Source: a virus (Duplodnaviria > Caudoviricetes). From it: 60,756 bases of DNA. Both the position numbers and the translations under genes were made by a program. Shown piece by piece: positions 38,221 through 49,800 of the stretch. Under the pieces are notes generated by a model, which did not search any database, had not been told where the DNA came from, and was given only the letters and a program-made list of their open reading frames with translations. Each line of letters begins with the position of its first letter. Position 1 is the first letter of the stretch. Where the stretch lies: positions 1 through 60,756 of IMG/VR virus record IMGVR_UViG_3300031977_001837; one strand, written 5' to 3'.

Positions 38221-40423
38221 TATTTTAGTTCGATACCGAACAGAAGACGGTAAGCGTGCCGAAGAAAGGTATTCGTGTAGCCCATTTTGTTATGTCGAAG
38301 AAAGTAGCATAGGTAAATTGACCCCTCCCTTCGCAGTTTTGCCCGATGAGGACTACACTGGACTTTACGGAGAGAAACTGCGCAGAGTTGTTTTTCAAAA
38401 TACCGATGATTTGTCGAAAGCGTCTAAGAAAGTTAAGACATGGGAGGCAAACATTGCGCACAGCAACAGAGTTCTGGTTGAACACAATGTCAATATCCCG
38501 ATGTATGAACATAGAACATGGTATTTCGACATGGAATGGATGATTAATTCCGGTAAAATAACAATCATAGTAATACATGACTCCTTTGAAGGTGAGTTTG
38601 TGTTGGCGCATCATTCAGACTATGAAGAAGGAATGTATGACGCAATACCTTGTTTGAATCACCCAGAAGGTCTGCAAGAGTGCGCAAAGACGGATAGACC
38701 TTTCAAGTTGTTCAAGGATGAAAAAAGCATGTTGGAGTTTTTTGCGCAACTTATGAGAAGAAAAGACCCAGATATTTTGACAGGGTGGAATGTTGTAAAT
38801 GCTGACATTCAGCAACTATTCAAGAGGTTCAAGGCCAATGGGATTGATATTCGCTCACTATCCCCTATGCGTAAAGTGCGCTTCGACTTCGGAGAATGGG
38901 CGCAACCAATCGCAGGCTACAATACAATTGATTTGATGATTGCTTTCAAGAAACTATGGACTTTGAAGAATGGACAATTACCTGCAATGGGATTAGGCGC
39001 AGTATCAGAATACTGTCTCAAGGAAACTAAGGTTGAGTTAGAAAACGGACACGATACATATTACAGCGACTTCGGCACTTACTTAGATTACGCAAGACAA
39101 GATGTGCGCCTTTTGCCTAAGTTAGATGGTTTGGTTGGCGCACTTGATTACTTTACTGCTATTCAGCACATCGTTCAATGCGACATACGCACGACCCCGT
39201 ATGTGAGCAAAATATTTCCAATTCTTGCGCTTCGTGATAGAGAGTTTGACAAACAGATACCGAGCAAACCGCAATTCGCTAAGGTTGACTACACTGGCGC
39301 AGATATTCAAGACCCCGTTATCGGTGTCTATGAGAACATAGGAATAATGGATATTAAGGCAATGTATCATAGTAATGTGAAACTACACAACATTTGTTGG
39401 ACTACTCTTGACGAAACAGGTTTTGACTGCGGAAATGGTGTCATGTTTAGCAAAAGCAAAACTGGTTTGCTCGGCAGACAGATGGATAACATGACTGTTT
39501 TGCGCAACAAATACAAGAAACTTATGAAGGGTGCAACAACTGATAAAGAGCGCAAGAAATATGATGCGCTACAATATGCGACAAAATCTTTAGTTGCCTC
39601 CATGTATGGTGTAGCGGGAGACAGCAAGTGCGGTTTCTATCATCCCGATATTGCCTCTGCCATTACATACACAAGCAGGCAGACCTTGTTCAAACTTAGA
39701 GATATTGCGAATGAGTTAGGTTGCACAGTGCGCTACGGACATACTGATTCGATTATGTGTGATGTTGATTCTCCCGAAAAAGGGCTTGAATTGTTGGGCG
39801 TAGTGAATCGGCGCATGAGTCCTATTGAAACCGAGTTTGAAAAGTGGTGTGATACCTTCTTAATCATGGCTAAGAACCGATACGCAGGCAGTGTTTCATG
39901 GACTGAGGGCGAGCATCACCCTGCGCAGATTTATGTTAAGGGTATTGAGATGAAACAAGGCAGACTACCACAAGCCTTGAAAAGCGCAATGGGTTCTGTT
40001 ATCGAAGGTATTTTACAGCGCAAAAATGAAAATGAAATCACTTCTTCAATTGAAGAATTGCTTAGAAAGGTTGTGCGCAAAGAAGTCGCAGTTCGTGATT
40101 TGTGTATCAAGGCGAAGTTGAGTAAGAATCTTAACCAGTATAGAGTTCTGGGAGAAGCAAGAGCAGGTGCGCAGTGGGCTAATACCCACTTAGGAAAGGG
40201 CTACCGAAAGGATGATTATTTCTTGACAACTCTAAACGAAGAAGGGGATTACATAGCCTTTGACGACCCATCAGAAATAGAAGGGATTGCGCAAATAGGT
40301 TACTCTAATATCGCTAAGAAGTTTATTTTCGACAAAGTTTTACCATACTATGAAGTCATGGGGTGGGACATTATCAAACTTGAAACCGCTTTGTCGGGAG
40401 AAGATGAAATCGTTTGGCTGTGA
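38186..40423 (+). CDS. polB: Family B DNA polymerase with variant catalytic motifs
   Basis: Exonuclease motifs YFDME, LTGWN, YARQD; polymerase motifs DIKAMYHS, KSLVASMYG, YGHTDS, KNRY, VKGIE. Confidence 0.93.
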   Translation: MTVIVERTKKNDILVRYRTEDGKRAEERYSCSPFCYVEESSIGKLTPPFAVLPDEDYTGLYGEKLRRVVFQNTDDLSKASKKVKTWEANIAHSNRVLVEHNVNIPMYEHRTWYFDMEWMINSGKITIIVIHDSFEGEFVLAHHSDYEEGMYDAIPCLNHPEGLQECAKTDRPFKLFKDEKSMLEFFAQLMRRKDPDILTGWNVVNADIQQLFKRFKANGIDIRSLSPMRKVRFDFGEWAQPIAGYNTIDLMIAFKKLWTLKNGQLPAMGLGAVSEYCLKETKVELENGHDTYYSDFGTYLDYARQDVRLLPKLDGLVGALDYFTAIQHIVQCDIRTTPYVSKIFPILALRDREFDKQIPSKPQFAKVDYTGADIQDPVIGVYENIGIMDIKAMYHSNVKLHNICWTTLDETGFDCGNGVMFSKSKTGLLGRQMDNMTVLRNKYKKLMKGATTDKERKKYDALQYATKSLVASMYGVAGDSKCGFYHPDIASAITYTSRQTLFKLRDIANELGCTVRYGHTDSIMCDVDSPEKGLELLGVVNRRMSPIETEFEKWCDTFLIMAKNRYAGSVSWTEGEHHPAQIYVKGIEMKQGRLPQALKSAMGSVIEGILQRKNENEITSSIEELLRKVVRKEVAVRDLCIKAKLSKNLNQYRVLGEARAGAQWANTHLGKGYRKDDYFLTTLNEEGDYIAFDDPSEIEGIAQIGYSNIAKKFIFDKVLPYYEVMGWDIIKLETALSGEDEIVWL

Positions 40424-40460
40424 CGGCAGGTTTATAACGATTACAATAGGTGGCAGAGGT

Positions 40461-40745
40461 ATGGCGAGAGATAGTAAGAAGCCGACTGTGAAGCAAATCA
40501 AGAATTTGGTTGAAGCGCAGACTGGAATGATAGAAGAACAGACACAAATGCTAAGAGTTTGTTTTCATGAAATAGACAAGTTGAATATGGTAGTGATTAG
40601 ACTTCTTGATTCTCAAGGAATGCTACACAAGCAAGAATGTCCTAAGTGCGCATTTAAGATTCACACACCTCTTCTTGAAGACATCGAGTTGCCTACACAC
40701 TGCCCTGCTTGTCAAGAGCAACTACCTAATAACGAAGAGGAATAG
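40461..40745 (+). CDS. Coiled-coil plus zinc-ribbon protein
   Basis: CPKC...CPAC; ATG about 30 nt after GGTTTATAA. Confidence 0.65.
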   Translation: MARDSKKPTVKQIKNLVEAQTGMIEEQTQMLRVCFHEIDKLNMVVIRLLDSQGMLHKQECPKCAFKIHTPLLEDIELPTHCPACQEQLPNNEEE

Positions 40746-40762
40746 ACGCAGGGTGATTTAGA

Positions 40763-41617
40763 TTGAAAGACCCATCTGAAATGTCAATTGAAGAATTGAA
40801 AGCCAATTCAAGTTATGACCCGACAGAGCATGGGAAACTTCTCAAGTTGAGCAAGTCGTCTTTTATGACCTATTCAAAATGCCCTCGTCAGTTTTGGATG
40901 CAGAAAGTCGTGCTTAAAGATTTAAGAGTCCCTGCTACCGAAGAAATGGAGAGAGGCACACGCATTCACACTGGATTAGAGACTGTTTATGACAATTGGG
41001 ATGGGCAAAGCACGCTTGCGCCTTTGATACCAGTTGAAGCCTATGAAGAAGGTATGGATGAAATGATAAATCTTGAAGAACAGCGCATCGAGTTATGGGG
41101 ATTAGAAAATTTCAAACCCATAGAGTATGAAGAGTATCGTGCGGTTTGGGATGAAGAGAACGGAGTCGTTCTTGTCGGTTTGATAGACGCAATACTTGAG
41201 CATCCCGACGGTGGCCTCTGTATCTATGAATTGAAGACAGGAAATATGAATGACGGCAAATTATCTCGCACACGCAGAGAATTATGCTACTACTCACGAA
41301 TGTTGCGCCTAATGGGTGAAACCCGACCAATCACGCATTTTGCGTATCTTGCGCCGGACTGCGATAACTTAGACTTTGTAATGAAAATGGTTAACGATAC
41401 TAAGCGGGAAGTAATGATGGGCAAGGAAAAGGGTATTCTGATTATCGAAAAGGTAAGTCAGCGCAGTCATAACGCCTTTGAGAAGGCACTGAAAAAGGCG
41501 GTTGAGGGATTAAAGGCGCATGAAAACCCTATGAAGTGGAATGATTACTTCTGCCCTCAGTGGTGCGACTTTTCGCCTGCCTGCGAAGATGAATTGACAG
41601 GAGTTTCGATATTATGA
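40763..41617 (+). CDS. Cas4/RecB-like PD-(D/E)XK exonuclease with putative Fe-S cysteines
   Basis: CPRQF, GTRIH, GLIDA, ELKTG, ELCYY and C-terminal CPQWCDFSPAC. Confidence 0.85.
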   Translation: MKDPSEMSIEELKANSSYDPTEHGKLLKLSKSSFMTYSKCPRQFWMQKVVLKDLRVPATEEMERGTRIHTGLETVYDNWDGQSTLAPLIPVEAYEEGMDEMINLEEQRIELWGLENFKPIEYEEYRAVWDEENGVVLVGLIDAILEHPDGGLCIYELKTGNMNDGKLSRTRRELCYYSRMLRLMGETRPITHFAYLAPDCDNLDFVMKMVNDTKREVMMGKEKGILIIEKVSQRSHNAFEKALKKAVEGLKAHENPMKWNDYFCPQWCDFSPACEDELTGVSIL

Positions 41618-41760
41618 TTTGCGCAGAATGCGACGGTGAAATGACCGTTAGTGACGAAAAGGGCAAACCTATGATGCTACTAACTGGCGACATAGAAACA
41701 GGTAGTGAGAGAATCGCTATCTGTAAAGTGTGCGGTCATAGGCAGGTTATTAAGGACTAA
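41614..41760 (+). CDS. Small zinc-ribbon protein (48 aa)
   Basis: MICAEC...CKVCGH, coupled start. Confidence 0.5.
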   Translation: MICAECDGEMTVSDEKGKPMMLLTGDIETGSERIAICKVCGHRQVIKD

Positions 41761-41778
41761 TACTTTCGGTTGGTTTGT

Positions 41779-42774
41779 ATGCTAACCTTTCCTCGACAGG
41801 TCGGACTTAAAAGAACATTTTGCTTTTCTAAGAAAGAGTTTGTTGACTATGTGCGCAAACTGAACGGTAAGACATCAATCTATACATCTCTATTTAGTTT
41901 TGATGAAGTCGGCAACTATGATTCTGCCGTCATGGATAGAGCATGGTGGGACTTCGATATGAATGATGATTTCACTATGGATGAAGTAAAGAACGATGTG
42001 GCTACCCTAATTCATCGTTTAGAGGGCGGTGTGAGGCTTGTAGCCACCGGAAGAGGGTTTCATGTGCATCAGTTATTCAAACGGCCAGTAAGGGGCCGAG
42101 AGTGGGCTATACACCTCGATAGGTATGAGCGTAAGATGGCAGAGGGGTTGAGCAGTCTTGATGGGGTAGGTTATCCCGAAAAAATGACAAGAGTAGCGGG
42201 AACATATAATCCAAAAAGAGGGAAGTGGGCAGTTTCCATTCCGGCAGAAGATTTCGCTAAAGACCCTCTGAATTACCGAATACCGGAAAAACCTGCCTCG
42301 GAATACAGACATTTATGCCCGTTTCAAGGCACTTTTGCGGAAACTGATTGCTTTGATTTGGTAAAATGGGCTAAGGATTTCCCAGAACAAGTGCGCAAAA
42401 AAAGCATTTCGTTTGTTGGAAACGAGGAATCCGTTGGTATGATAGACGGAGAATGCGCACTTCCGACTTGTCTTGAAAGAGCAATCAATGTTAGTAACCC
42501 TCCGCACCATGTCCGTGTAGCACTGGTTCAAGAGATGCGCAGACAGTTGGCATTTTACGCACCCCCTTCTGCTTTATCCGATGAAGAAAACTATGAAATT
42601 ACAGACAAAATATGCGTTTTCATAGAAGGTCTTGATTGGCAAGACTACAATGAGGCTATTACAAGAAAATATGTGTCGGGTGCAGTGCGCAAATATGAAC
42701 ATGCGCCTTCTCCGCTTTGGTATAAGAAACACAATTTATGTAACGGACAAGGGTGTTGGTTCTGTGCGCAGTGA
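41779..42774 (+). CDS. Archaeo-eukaryotic primase, PriS fused to a PriL C-terminal-like domain
   Basis: WWDFD, TGRGFHVH, RVAGTYN; then LPTCLE, PPHHVRVAL, WQDYNEAIT and terminal cysteines. Confidence 0.85.
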   Translation: MLTFPRQVGLKRTFCFSKKEFVDYVRKLNGKTSIYTSLFSFDEVGNYDSAVMDRAWWDFDMNDDFTMDEVKNDVATLIHRLEGGVRLVATGRGFHVHQLFKRPVRGREWAIHLDRYERKMAEGLSSLDGVGYPEKMTRVAGTYNPKRGKWAVSIPAEDFAKDPLNYRIPEKPASEYRHLCPFQGTFAETDCFDLVKWAKDFPEQVRKKSISFVGNEESVGMIDGECALPTCLERAINVSNPPHHVRVALVQEMRRQLAFYAPPSALSDEENYEITDKICVFIEGLDWQDYNEAITRKYVSGAVRKYEHAPSPLWYKKHNLCNGQGCWFCAQ

Positions 42775-42967
42775 AGAAGAATTGAAAGAGATGCTAAAAG
42801 AAGCCTCTGCGCTTCGTGATAAATGGTTGCAGTGCCTAACTGACAAGACTTACAGAGATTCAAGGGAACAAATATCAGCGATACGCAATTACAATGCGCT
42901 TCGTGGTGTTATCAAAACTTTGCGTTGGGCTTTGAAACAACCTATGGCAGAGTCTCCGCTTTATTAG
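42764..42967 (+). CDS. Hypothetical helical protein
   Basis: GTG start overlapping the primase end; RSEEELKEML...LRGVIKTLRWAL. Confidence 0.55.
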   Translation: MRSEEELKEMLKEASALRDKWLQCLTDKTYRDSREQISAIRNYNALRGVIKTLRWALKQPMAESPLY

Positions 42968-43008
42968 AACGATTTATTAAATACTACTTTTGCGCAGAAT
43001 ACATTTTG

Positions 43009-43707
43009 ATGATAGTAGCAGACGACAGGGAGAATGAAAAACTCCTTCATCGTTTGTTTGTCAAGGTCGGAGATAGAAAAACAGACCCTAAAGGACAATG
43101 CTTAGTAAAGCGTTTGTTGACAGGAGACTATATCATAGGAGACTACGGTATAGAGGCAAAGGAGATTAATGACCTATATCGAAGTATTCTGGGTATTGGG
43201 CGCAATGGGCGCACAATCAAACACCAATTAGCAGAACTGTGTGAAGCGGTTGAATACCCGATACTCGCAGTGTATAACACTACTCTGAAGCCTTATTTCA
43301 AAGGGCGCAAACCGAAGCGTCAAGAAGTGGCGAGAGAAATATTGCGCCAACAAAGAGTTATCAAATCATTCAAAATGACTCTTTATTCACAATTCCCCAA
43401 AGTTAGATTGATTGAGTTTAGTGATATGGATGAGTTTGTTGAATGGCTTGCCATACTAAATATGAATAGTCATATGCGCACAAAATTTACTGCGCCTGCC
43501 AAAGAAATACCAGACGACCCACGACTTGCTTGCCTAATGTCTATTCATGGCATAAATGAACCGATAGCAACGGCACTTTTAGAAAGGTATGGCTCTATAC
43601 CGGAAATGCTCAAAGCAAAGACTACTCAAAAGGATTTGATGAAGGTTAAAGGGGTCGGGAGAACGATTGCTCGTAAGATAAAACAACTCCGTCAAGCGTG
43701 GGATTAA
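43009..43707 (+). CDS. XPF/ERCC4-type nuclease with C-terminal helix-hairpin-helix motifs
   Basis: IVADDRE, GDYII...IEAK..NDL..SI, HhH motifs IHGIN and VKGVG. Confidence 0.85.
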   Translation: MIVADDRENEKLLHRLFVKVGDRKTDPKGQCLVKRLLTGDYIIGDYGIEAKEINDLYRSILGIGRNGRTIKHQLAELCEAVEYPILAVYNTTLKPYFKGRKPKRQEVAREILRQQRVIKSFKMTLYSQFPKVRLIEFSDMDEFVEWLAILNMNSHMRTKFTAPAKEIPDDPRLACLMSIHGINEPIATALLERYGSIPEMLKAKTTQKDLMKVKGVGRTIARKIKQLRQAWD

Positions 43708-43810
43708 TAAGAGAGTCCTGTTGTGGTATATTTGCGGAGAGGGCTACAAAAAACACTTCTTTTGGTTCTTGTTACTGTGTCTTTCCTCCTTCAGTAGCCC
43801 AATCCGCACC

Positions 43811-46800
43811 TCAATATGGTCTCATGCTTAGGCTTTGCGCATTACCTGCATTGCTGTATCTTCTCATTTTAACAGACAAAGAATGGAATGTTATAGAGTC
43901 ATAACCCGAATTATCGTTGCCCTGTGCCGGCTTTCTCTCTATATTTACTTTCAAAGTGTTACCCGATACATTTGCGCCGTTAATAGTGTTAGGACTAAAG
44001 ATAGTCACTTGCTGTCTTGAAGAACTACCATTTATCAAAACGGTTTCCGATTTAGAGTCTCCTGTTTCAGAACAAGAAACGGTAGTTGTTATTTCACAAA
44101 TGTCTGATGATGACTCACCAAATGAAACTTGCGCAATCACACTAACGAATGAACCTGCGCTCACATCATTAGGCACACGGACATTTACAGAGTTGCTATG
44201 ACTTTCTCCCTGCGCACCCGCTTCTGGGTCTGTTATTCCGGCAAGCGCAAAGCCATCGTTTGTAAGAATGCTTGCGCCTTCGCTCGACATGATAGAAGAT
44301 TCAATCCCGTCAATATCTCTGTCGGCAGAAAGCGCAGTTGCCGGTCTGTTTTGACCGATAATGCCAAAGTCGCCAGTTGCCAAACCAACATCTGCTTTGA
44401 AGTCTGCTTTGCCCTTTAGACCTCTGAATGCGCCAACAGAAAGCATGTTATTAGAGAGACCGGCAAAGAAGGAAGATGCGTCACCTCCGCCAGTAATGCC
44501 AGTTGAAGGCAAGAATGGTTGCGCACTTACCCCTCCCCCTCCGCCAACCGGCGGTCTTGGGAAACTTGGGGGTAACGGTGGAACCGGAGATTGTGGTCTT
44601 GGAGGCGAGTTTGGAGAACCGCCGTCTGCGATAGTTTTGAACATACTCGCCAAACCATAACCGAAGTGCTTATCTGTCCTCTGCAAATCTAACTGAACAG
44701 TATCAACATCTCTTGAGTTCTTATTCCAATTTATGCCGTTGATAGTTAGAGTCTCCGAAGTTAAATCAATATGAGTATCTGTAAATGATATTGTGGTTGC
44801 AGGCTGATAGACCAAATCATCAACTATACACAATCTTGGCGCATAGTAAAGACCTCTTGTGTTGTGCGCTTTTGCGCCGGAAAATCCATCTAAACAATAA
44901 CCTAACGGGAATGCGCTGTATTCGTTTGTAGTGGAAAAGGAGTGTCCGAATACACTAACAGAGTTACTAAGTGTATCGTGTGCCGTTCCACTTTCTAACT
45001 CTTCATCCATTCTGCGCAAAAGACCTAATAGGTAATCATAATCAACTGAAAAGGTAATGTATTTATCTGTTGATGAATAAGTGTCTGGGGTTTTGACTCT
45101 GTATAATCCGTTTCCGTCAACTACAATAGAATTGTAATTACTTGCAGAGTAAGAGCCTGCGTCATATTCTGGTGGCAGATTGTTAATAGTATCTTCGACT
45201 TCATCAAAAGGTATGTCAAATAAATGCAGTCTAAATGTAGCAGTATCGTCAACCGGAGAAGTAGCCTGTCCTGTTGAAGCAGAACCTTCAATAGTTATGC
45301 AAAGTCTAATTTCTTGATTTGTGCCTTCGCTTAGTTTCGGTGTATTTTTATCAACATACATTACCTTTAGCGCACTTGTAAGACTTCTTGTTGCGTATTG
45401 AGGGTGGCCTCTGTATCTCGGTAGCCCATACGCATAATGAATGTCAACCGTAGCAGTGGGAACACTAAATCCAGTCTCACAAAATATGCTTATAGAGCCT
45501 CCGTCGGTCACATCGGTAAGGGTTTGCCATCCAGTAGTCAATGTGGTAACTGCGCCATAAACACCATTTCCTGTTGAATCATATCTTGCAGTTCCAGTTC
45601 CGCTTAAAAGGTCTATTACTCCTACTGCGCTTTGCGCAACCCCATCTGCTCTTTTAACAAGTATGCCGTTATTGGCAAGAGTATCATCTTGTGGTATTGC
45701 GTAAAGACCTGCGCCAGTCGTTGAGCCGTTAGTGCTTTGGATAGTAAAGTCTGCGTCAGTAGCAGAAGCATGTCTAAATCGAGTATTATTGCTGTCTCTA
45801 TAATCTTCTATACCCTTGTTAGCAAATCCTCCCCATATGCTACTCCATGAAGCGTTAGTCTTTCTATTATAATCATACAGCCTTACTACTGAATCTTGAA
45901 CATAGCCGTATCTGCCACCAGTAAGCATTTTGCTCTGTTCGTTTGCGCCCAACAAAACTTCTGCGCTAATAGCGACATTGCTATCCTTTTCACGCAAATA
46001 TTCTTGTTTTGCGAGAGCAAGTGCTTCATCTCTATTGAATATGTTTGGGTATTGTAAAGTGCGCCACCTTGTTATTGCGTTTTCCGTTGGTTCTGGGAAA
46101 TCGGCAAAGTTACTATTACCGTTGTAATAAACACGAACATTTGTTATTTGCGAACCTAACTTTGTAGTCATATTACTTTGTAGCAAGTTTGTTCTATCAA
46201 AACTTAGACCCGAAGGTATTCTTTGTCTAATTGTAAAAATATTATCTCTATCCATAAGCCATGAAAAAGTAGTTTGATGCGTGCCTCCGCTACCATCCTT
46301 TTCAGTAATATTCTTTGCTATGTTCATCATTGACATATTTCTTCCATCAAACATAGAACCAAAATCATCTTCATTAGAATCGTTGACTTCTTTTAACATG
46401 TGTCTTGTTTTTGGCATATAGAAAGAGCAAGGCATGTTTGTGTTTGTGGCCCATGTGTCTCCAAACGCAAGAGAAAACATACTGCGCATTTTATCATGCG
46501 AGTAATATGTTCCAATATTTTTACTTTTTACTAATCCTTCAATATTTACAGAAAGACGCAACGGGAATATAGCCGAAGGAGTATTATAGACCAAAACAGT
46601 TTGGAATACACCGTCGGGATTGGTTTCGGTTTTGCGCACAATATTTGCTCTCGATGAAGGAGTTTGCCCATTTCCAGTAATGTTTGACCTTTCAGCAGTT
46701 AGTAATGTGTTTATTGTGTTTATATCAACTATTGATTCTGGGTCAAAAGAAGTAATATAGACTCCTGTTAGTTTATCTCCTAATGTTGCGTCTGTTCCCT

Positions 46801-49800
46801 TTCCAGTCCATGAATAGTAATAAATTAAATCTTCTTGAGAACGACCTTCGCCAGTTTGACAAATAATTGCGCCAGTTCCGCTTGTATCAAATAAAGAATT
46901 ATCATCAACATAAATAGTAGTATCTAAAAGCGAAACATCTTGTGTTAAAATTGTTTTGTCATTTAGCATATACAAAGCGTTTGGATGATTGTCTATACCG
47001 GCAAAGGTATCAATGTTTTTGTAAGAGGAAATTGATGCTTTATAGTAAGCGTCTGTTAAATAAGGGAAACCTTGAATCGCAAGAACATAATCGCCAAAGT
47101 CAACAAGACCACCACTTGAATACCCGCTTCTGCCACCAGTAGCCATTGTATTAAGATTATAAAATCGAGATGCGTCAACTACTAAGAATGAACCTCCTTT
47201 GTTTTCCCAATTGTGGTATCTATCATCTAATTGTTCGTAGTTACTACAACCATCAAGGCTACTCCATGCGCTACCTGTAAATGGTTCTGTGTTTGCGTCA
47301 AACTGCCATAAGTCAACATCTTCGCCTATTTTTAATTCCGTAAATATGTCTGGGTTGCCGTTTTGGTCGAATTGGTCTGCTATTGAAACATTTACTTTGT
47401 AGTTTTTCGATGTAGGTAAAATGATACCAAAATCAGAAACTCTTTCCCCGCCATCAGCATTTGCTGTTCCGTCGTTGCGCATATCAGCCCAAAGAACATA
47501 ACAGTGTTTGTAACCATTACTTTCATTTATTTTGCGCAAAGTGTAAATTGTTTTAGAAGGGTCAAATGTCTTTTTTATTCCTTTTACTCCTGTAATGTCA
47601 ATGCTACCTTTTCTAAAAGTTGCGCCGGTTTGCGATAATGGCTTAAACGCAGAAGAAGAATTAGTAAAATCAACATCAACCCTATTTACCTTTATTGCAT
47701 CTGGGTCATTAAAGTAGTGCGCAGAACCTAAAGTCCACTGAGAGTTTCCTTGATATTGGTTTTTTACATAAGCAAACTCATCAATCATAGGCTCATAGAA
47801 TATTTTTTGCGCAGAATAAACATTGTGCGCAGTTGATGGATTGTTTGAAACTACTTGAAAAACTCCATTTAAGTCAGACTCCTTAAACCCTTCATGTATT
47901 ACAATGTCACCATTTCTAACTGTTGCGCTACCAGTGATTGTAAATAATTCCGTTGTTTTGTCATAATCAACTGTATCTGAAACTGATGGGTCGGTAACAC
48001 CATTGGCTATTACATATTGGCAATCGTTTGTTTCAGTATCTAACAACTCAAGAACAATTCCTGTATCTTCCATGTTATACTTCTTAATGTAATACCATAG
48101 ACCACATTCGTCAAACCGTAAAGTAGTTTGCGTCGAATCAATTTGATTTGAACCGGCTAAAGCATGGTAAGAAGTATCTAATCCTTCCCAACCTATACAT
48201 GTTCCATCTGAATTATATCCTGTTAAACTGGATGGGTGCGCTGTTGCCATATTTGGAGAAATAATATGATTTAGCGCAGAACCTTGACCTGCTCTCCAAT
48301 AAGGAATTGCTTCTATTATACCAAATTGCGCTCTAAAGAAAGGAGACTGAACTAAGTCACGCATCCATCTTGCATGTATTGTTCTATGCTTGACTCTTTC
48401 CATTACTGCGTTTGTTGTTGGGTGAGTTTCATAAATAATTGGTTTTGATTTTGGTATGCGCATTTCTGTTGCGTTTGGATTTGCGTTAAAAATTGAAGTT
48501 TTGGTAATGTAAGTTGAGTCTGCAAGAGTTGATGCGCTTTTTTGGGTTTCAGAAGCACCTAAAATATCATATGGCGCAAGAACTTGAAACTCTGTGTTAT
48601 TTATTGCTGATATAACTTGTAAAGGAACAGAAGCATAATATGTTCTATTATCTGTTGTATCATAGAATCCATCCGGCATAATTATCCAATCGCCCACTTC
48701 TAAACTATGAGTATCTGATGATGCTAATTCTATTTTCATAGACATTGGATTTTCACCGGCACTATTCCATGCGGGAGAAAAAGAACCGTCGTCTGTTAAT
48801 TGAGTAGCGTAAGGAGTTTCCGGTTGAGTATATCCTCTGTATAGTGTATCTATTCTAAATAATTCATCACCTGCAACAGCAGACCATGTAGTAGTTGTAA
48901 TAATTTTAACTGTATAGTCTTCTTCATTTACATTTATGTAATCAGTAGTAGCACTGCCATTTGGTCTGCTCATTCTTCTTTGAACAACTATACTATCAAT
49001 AGTATAAGTTGTGTCATATCCCTGCGAGCCTTCTAAAGTAATTGTATCGCTTGCTGATAATCCATTGTATGAACTAATAGTAACTGTGTTATCAGACGCA
49101 GAAGCCCATGTTGGCTCTGTGTATTTGTCTTTATCGAATTTCAAAAATATTGTAAAGTTACCAGTTGACTGTTCTTTACCTATTGCATAAACTTCATGCA
49201 GACCCCAACTGGTGTTATTCATGCCTTCCCAAAACTTTTCAACATTACTTGGCCCATATTCATCTTCATTTACATACATTTGAATGGTTTGCCCATTATA
49301 CAAATGTGTTCTTGCGTCATTATCTTTTGTGTGCAAGTTTCCACTTTCGTCTTCATTCCAATAATTAAATCCTAAACTATTATTTCCTATTGTTAAATAG
49401 TGCGCACCAAACAACATAGTGTTTAGCAATTCATTTGTGTCATACTGTCTTTTACTATTTGTTGAATCCATTGATATATGTTGATTCAAACTAAAATGCG
49501 CATTTTGTCCTGTTTCCCAAATAGGCAACACTCTATCTAAAATAAATGATGAATCTTGCGCAGTTATTCTGGTTGAAAGTGTTAAGTTTTTACTATCTTG
49601 ATTATGTTGAATAGACTCAAGAAATCCATACCAAATAGGTCTTTCTTCATAATTTCCAATAAATGAAATTAGTCTCCATTCAGAAGCAGAAGAACCAGTA
49701 GTTAAAGCAGACAAACTATATTCATTTAAGTCGTCAAGAATTTCAACAGCCATACTTGAAGTTTTATCTGCGCCACTTGAATAAGTCATGCTTTTTACTG

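Noticed and set aside
40763-41617. CRISPR-Cas system implied by the Cas4-like gene
   Set aside because: Solo nuclease inside the replication module; no other cas genes or array.
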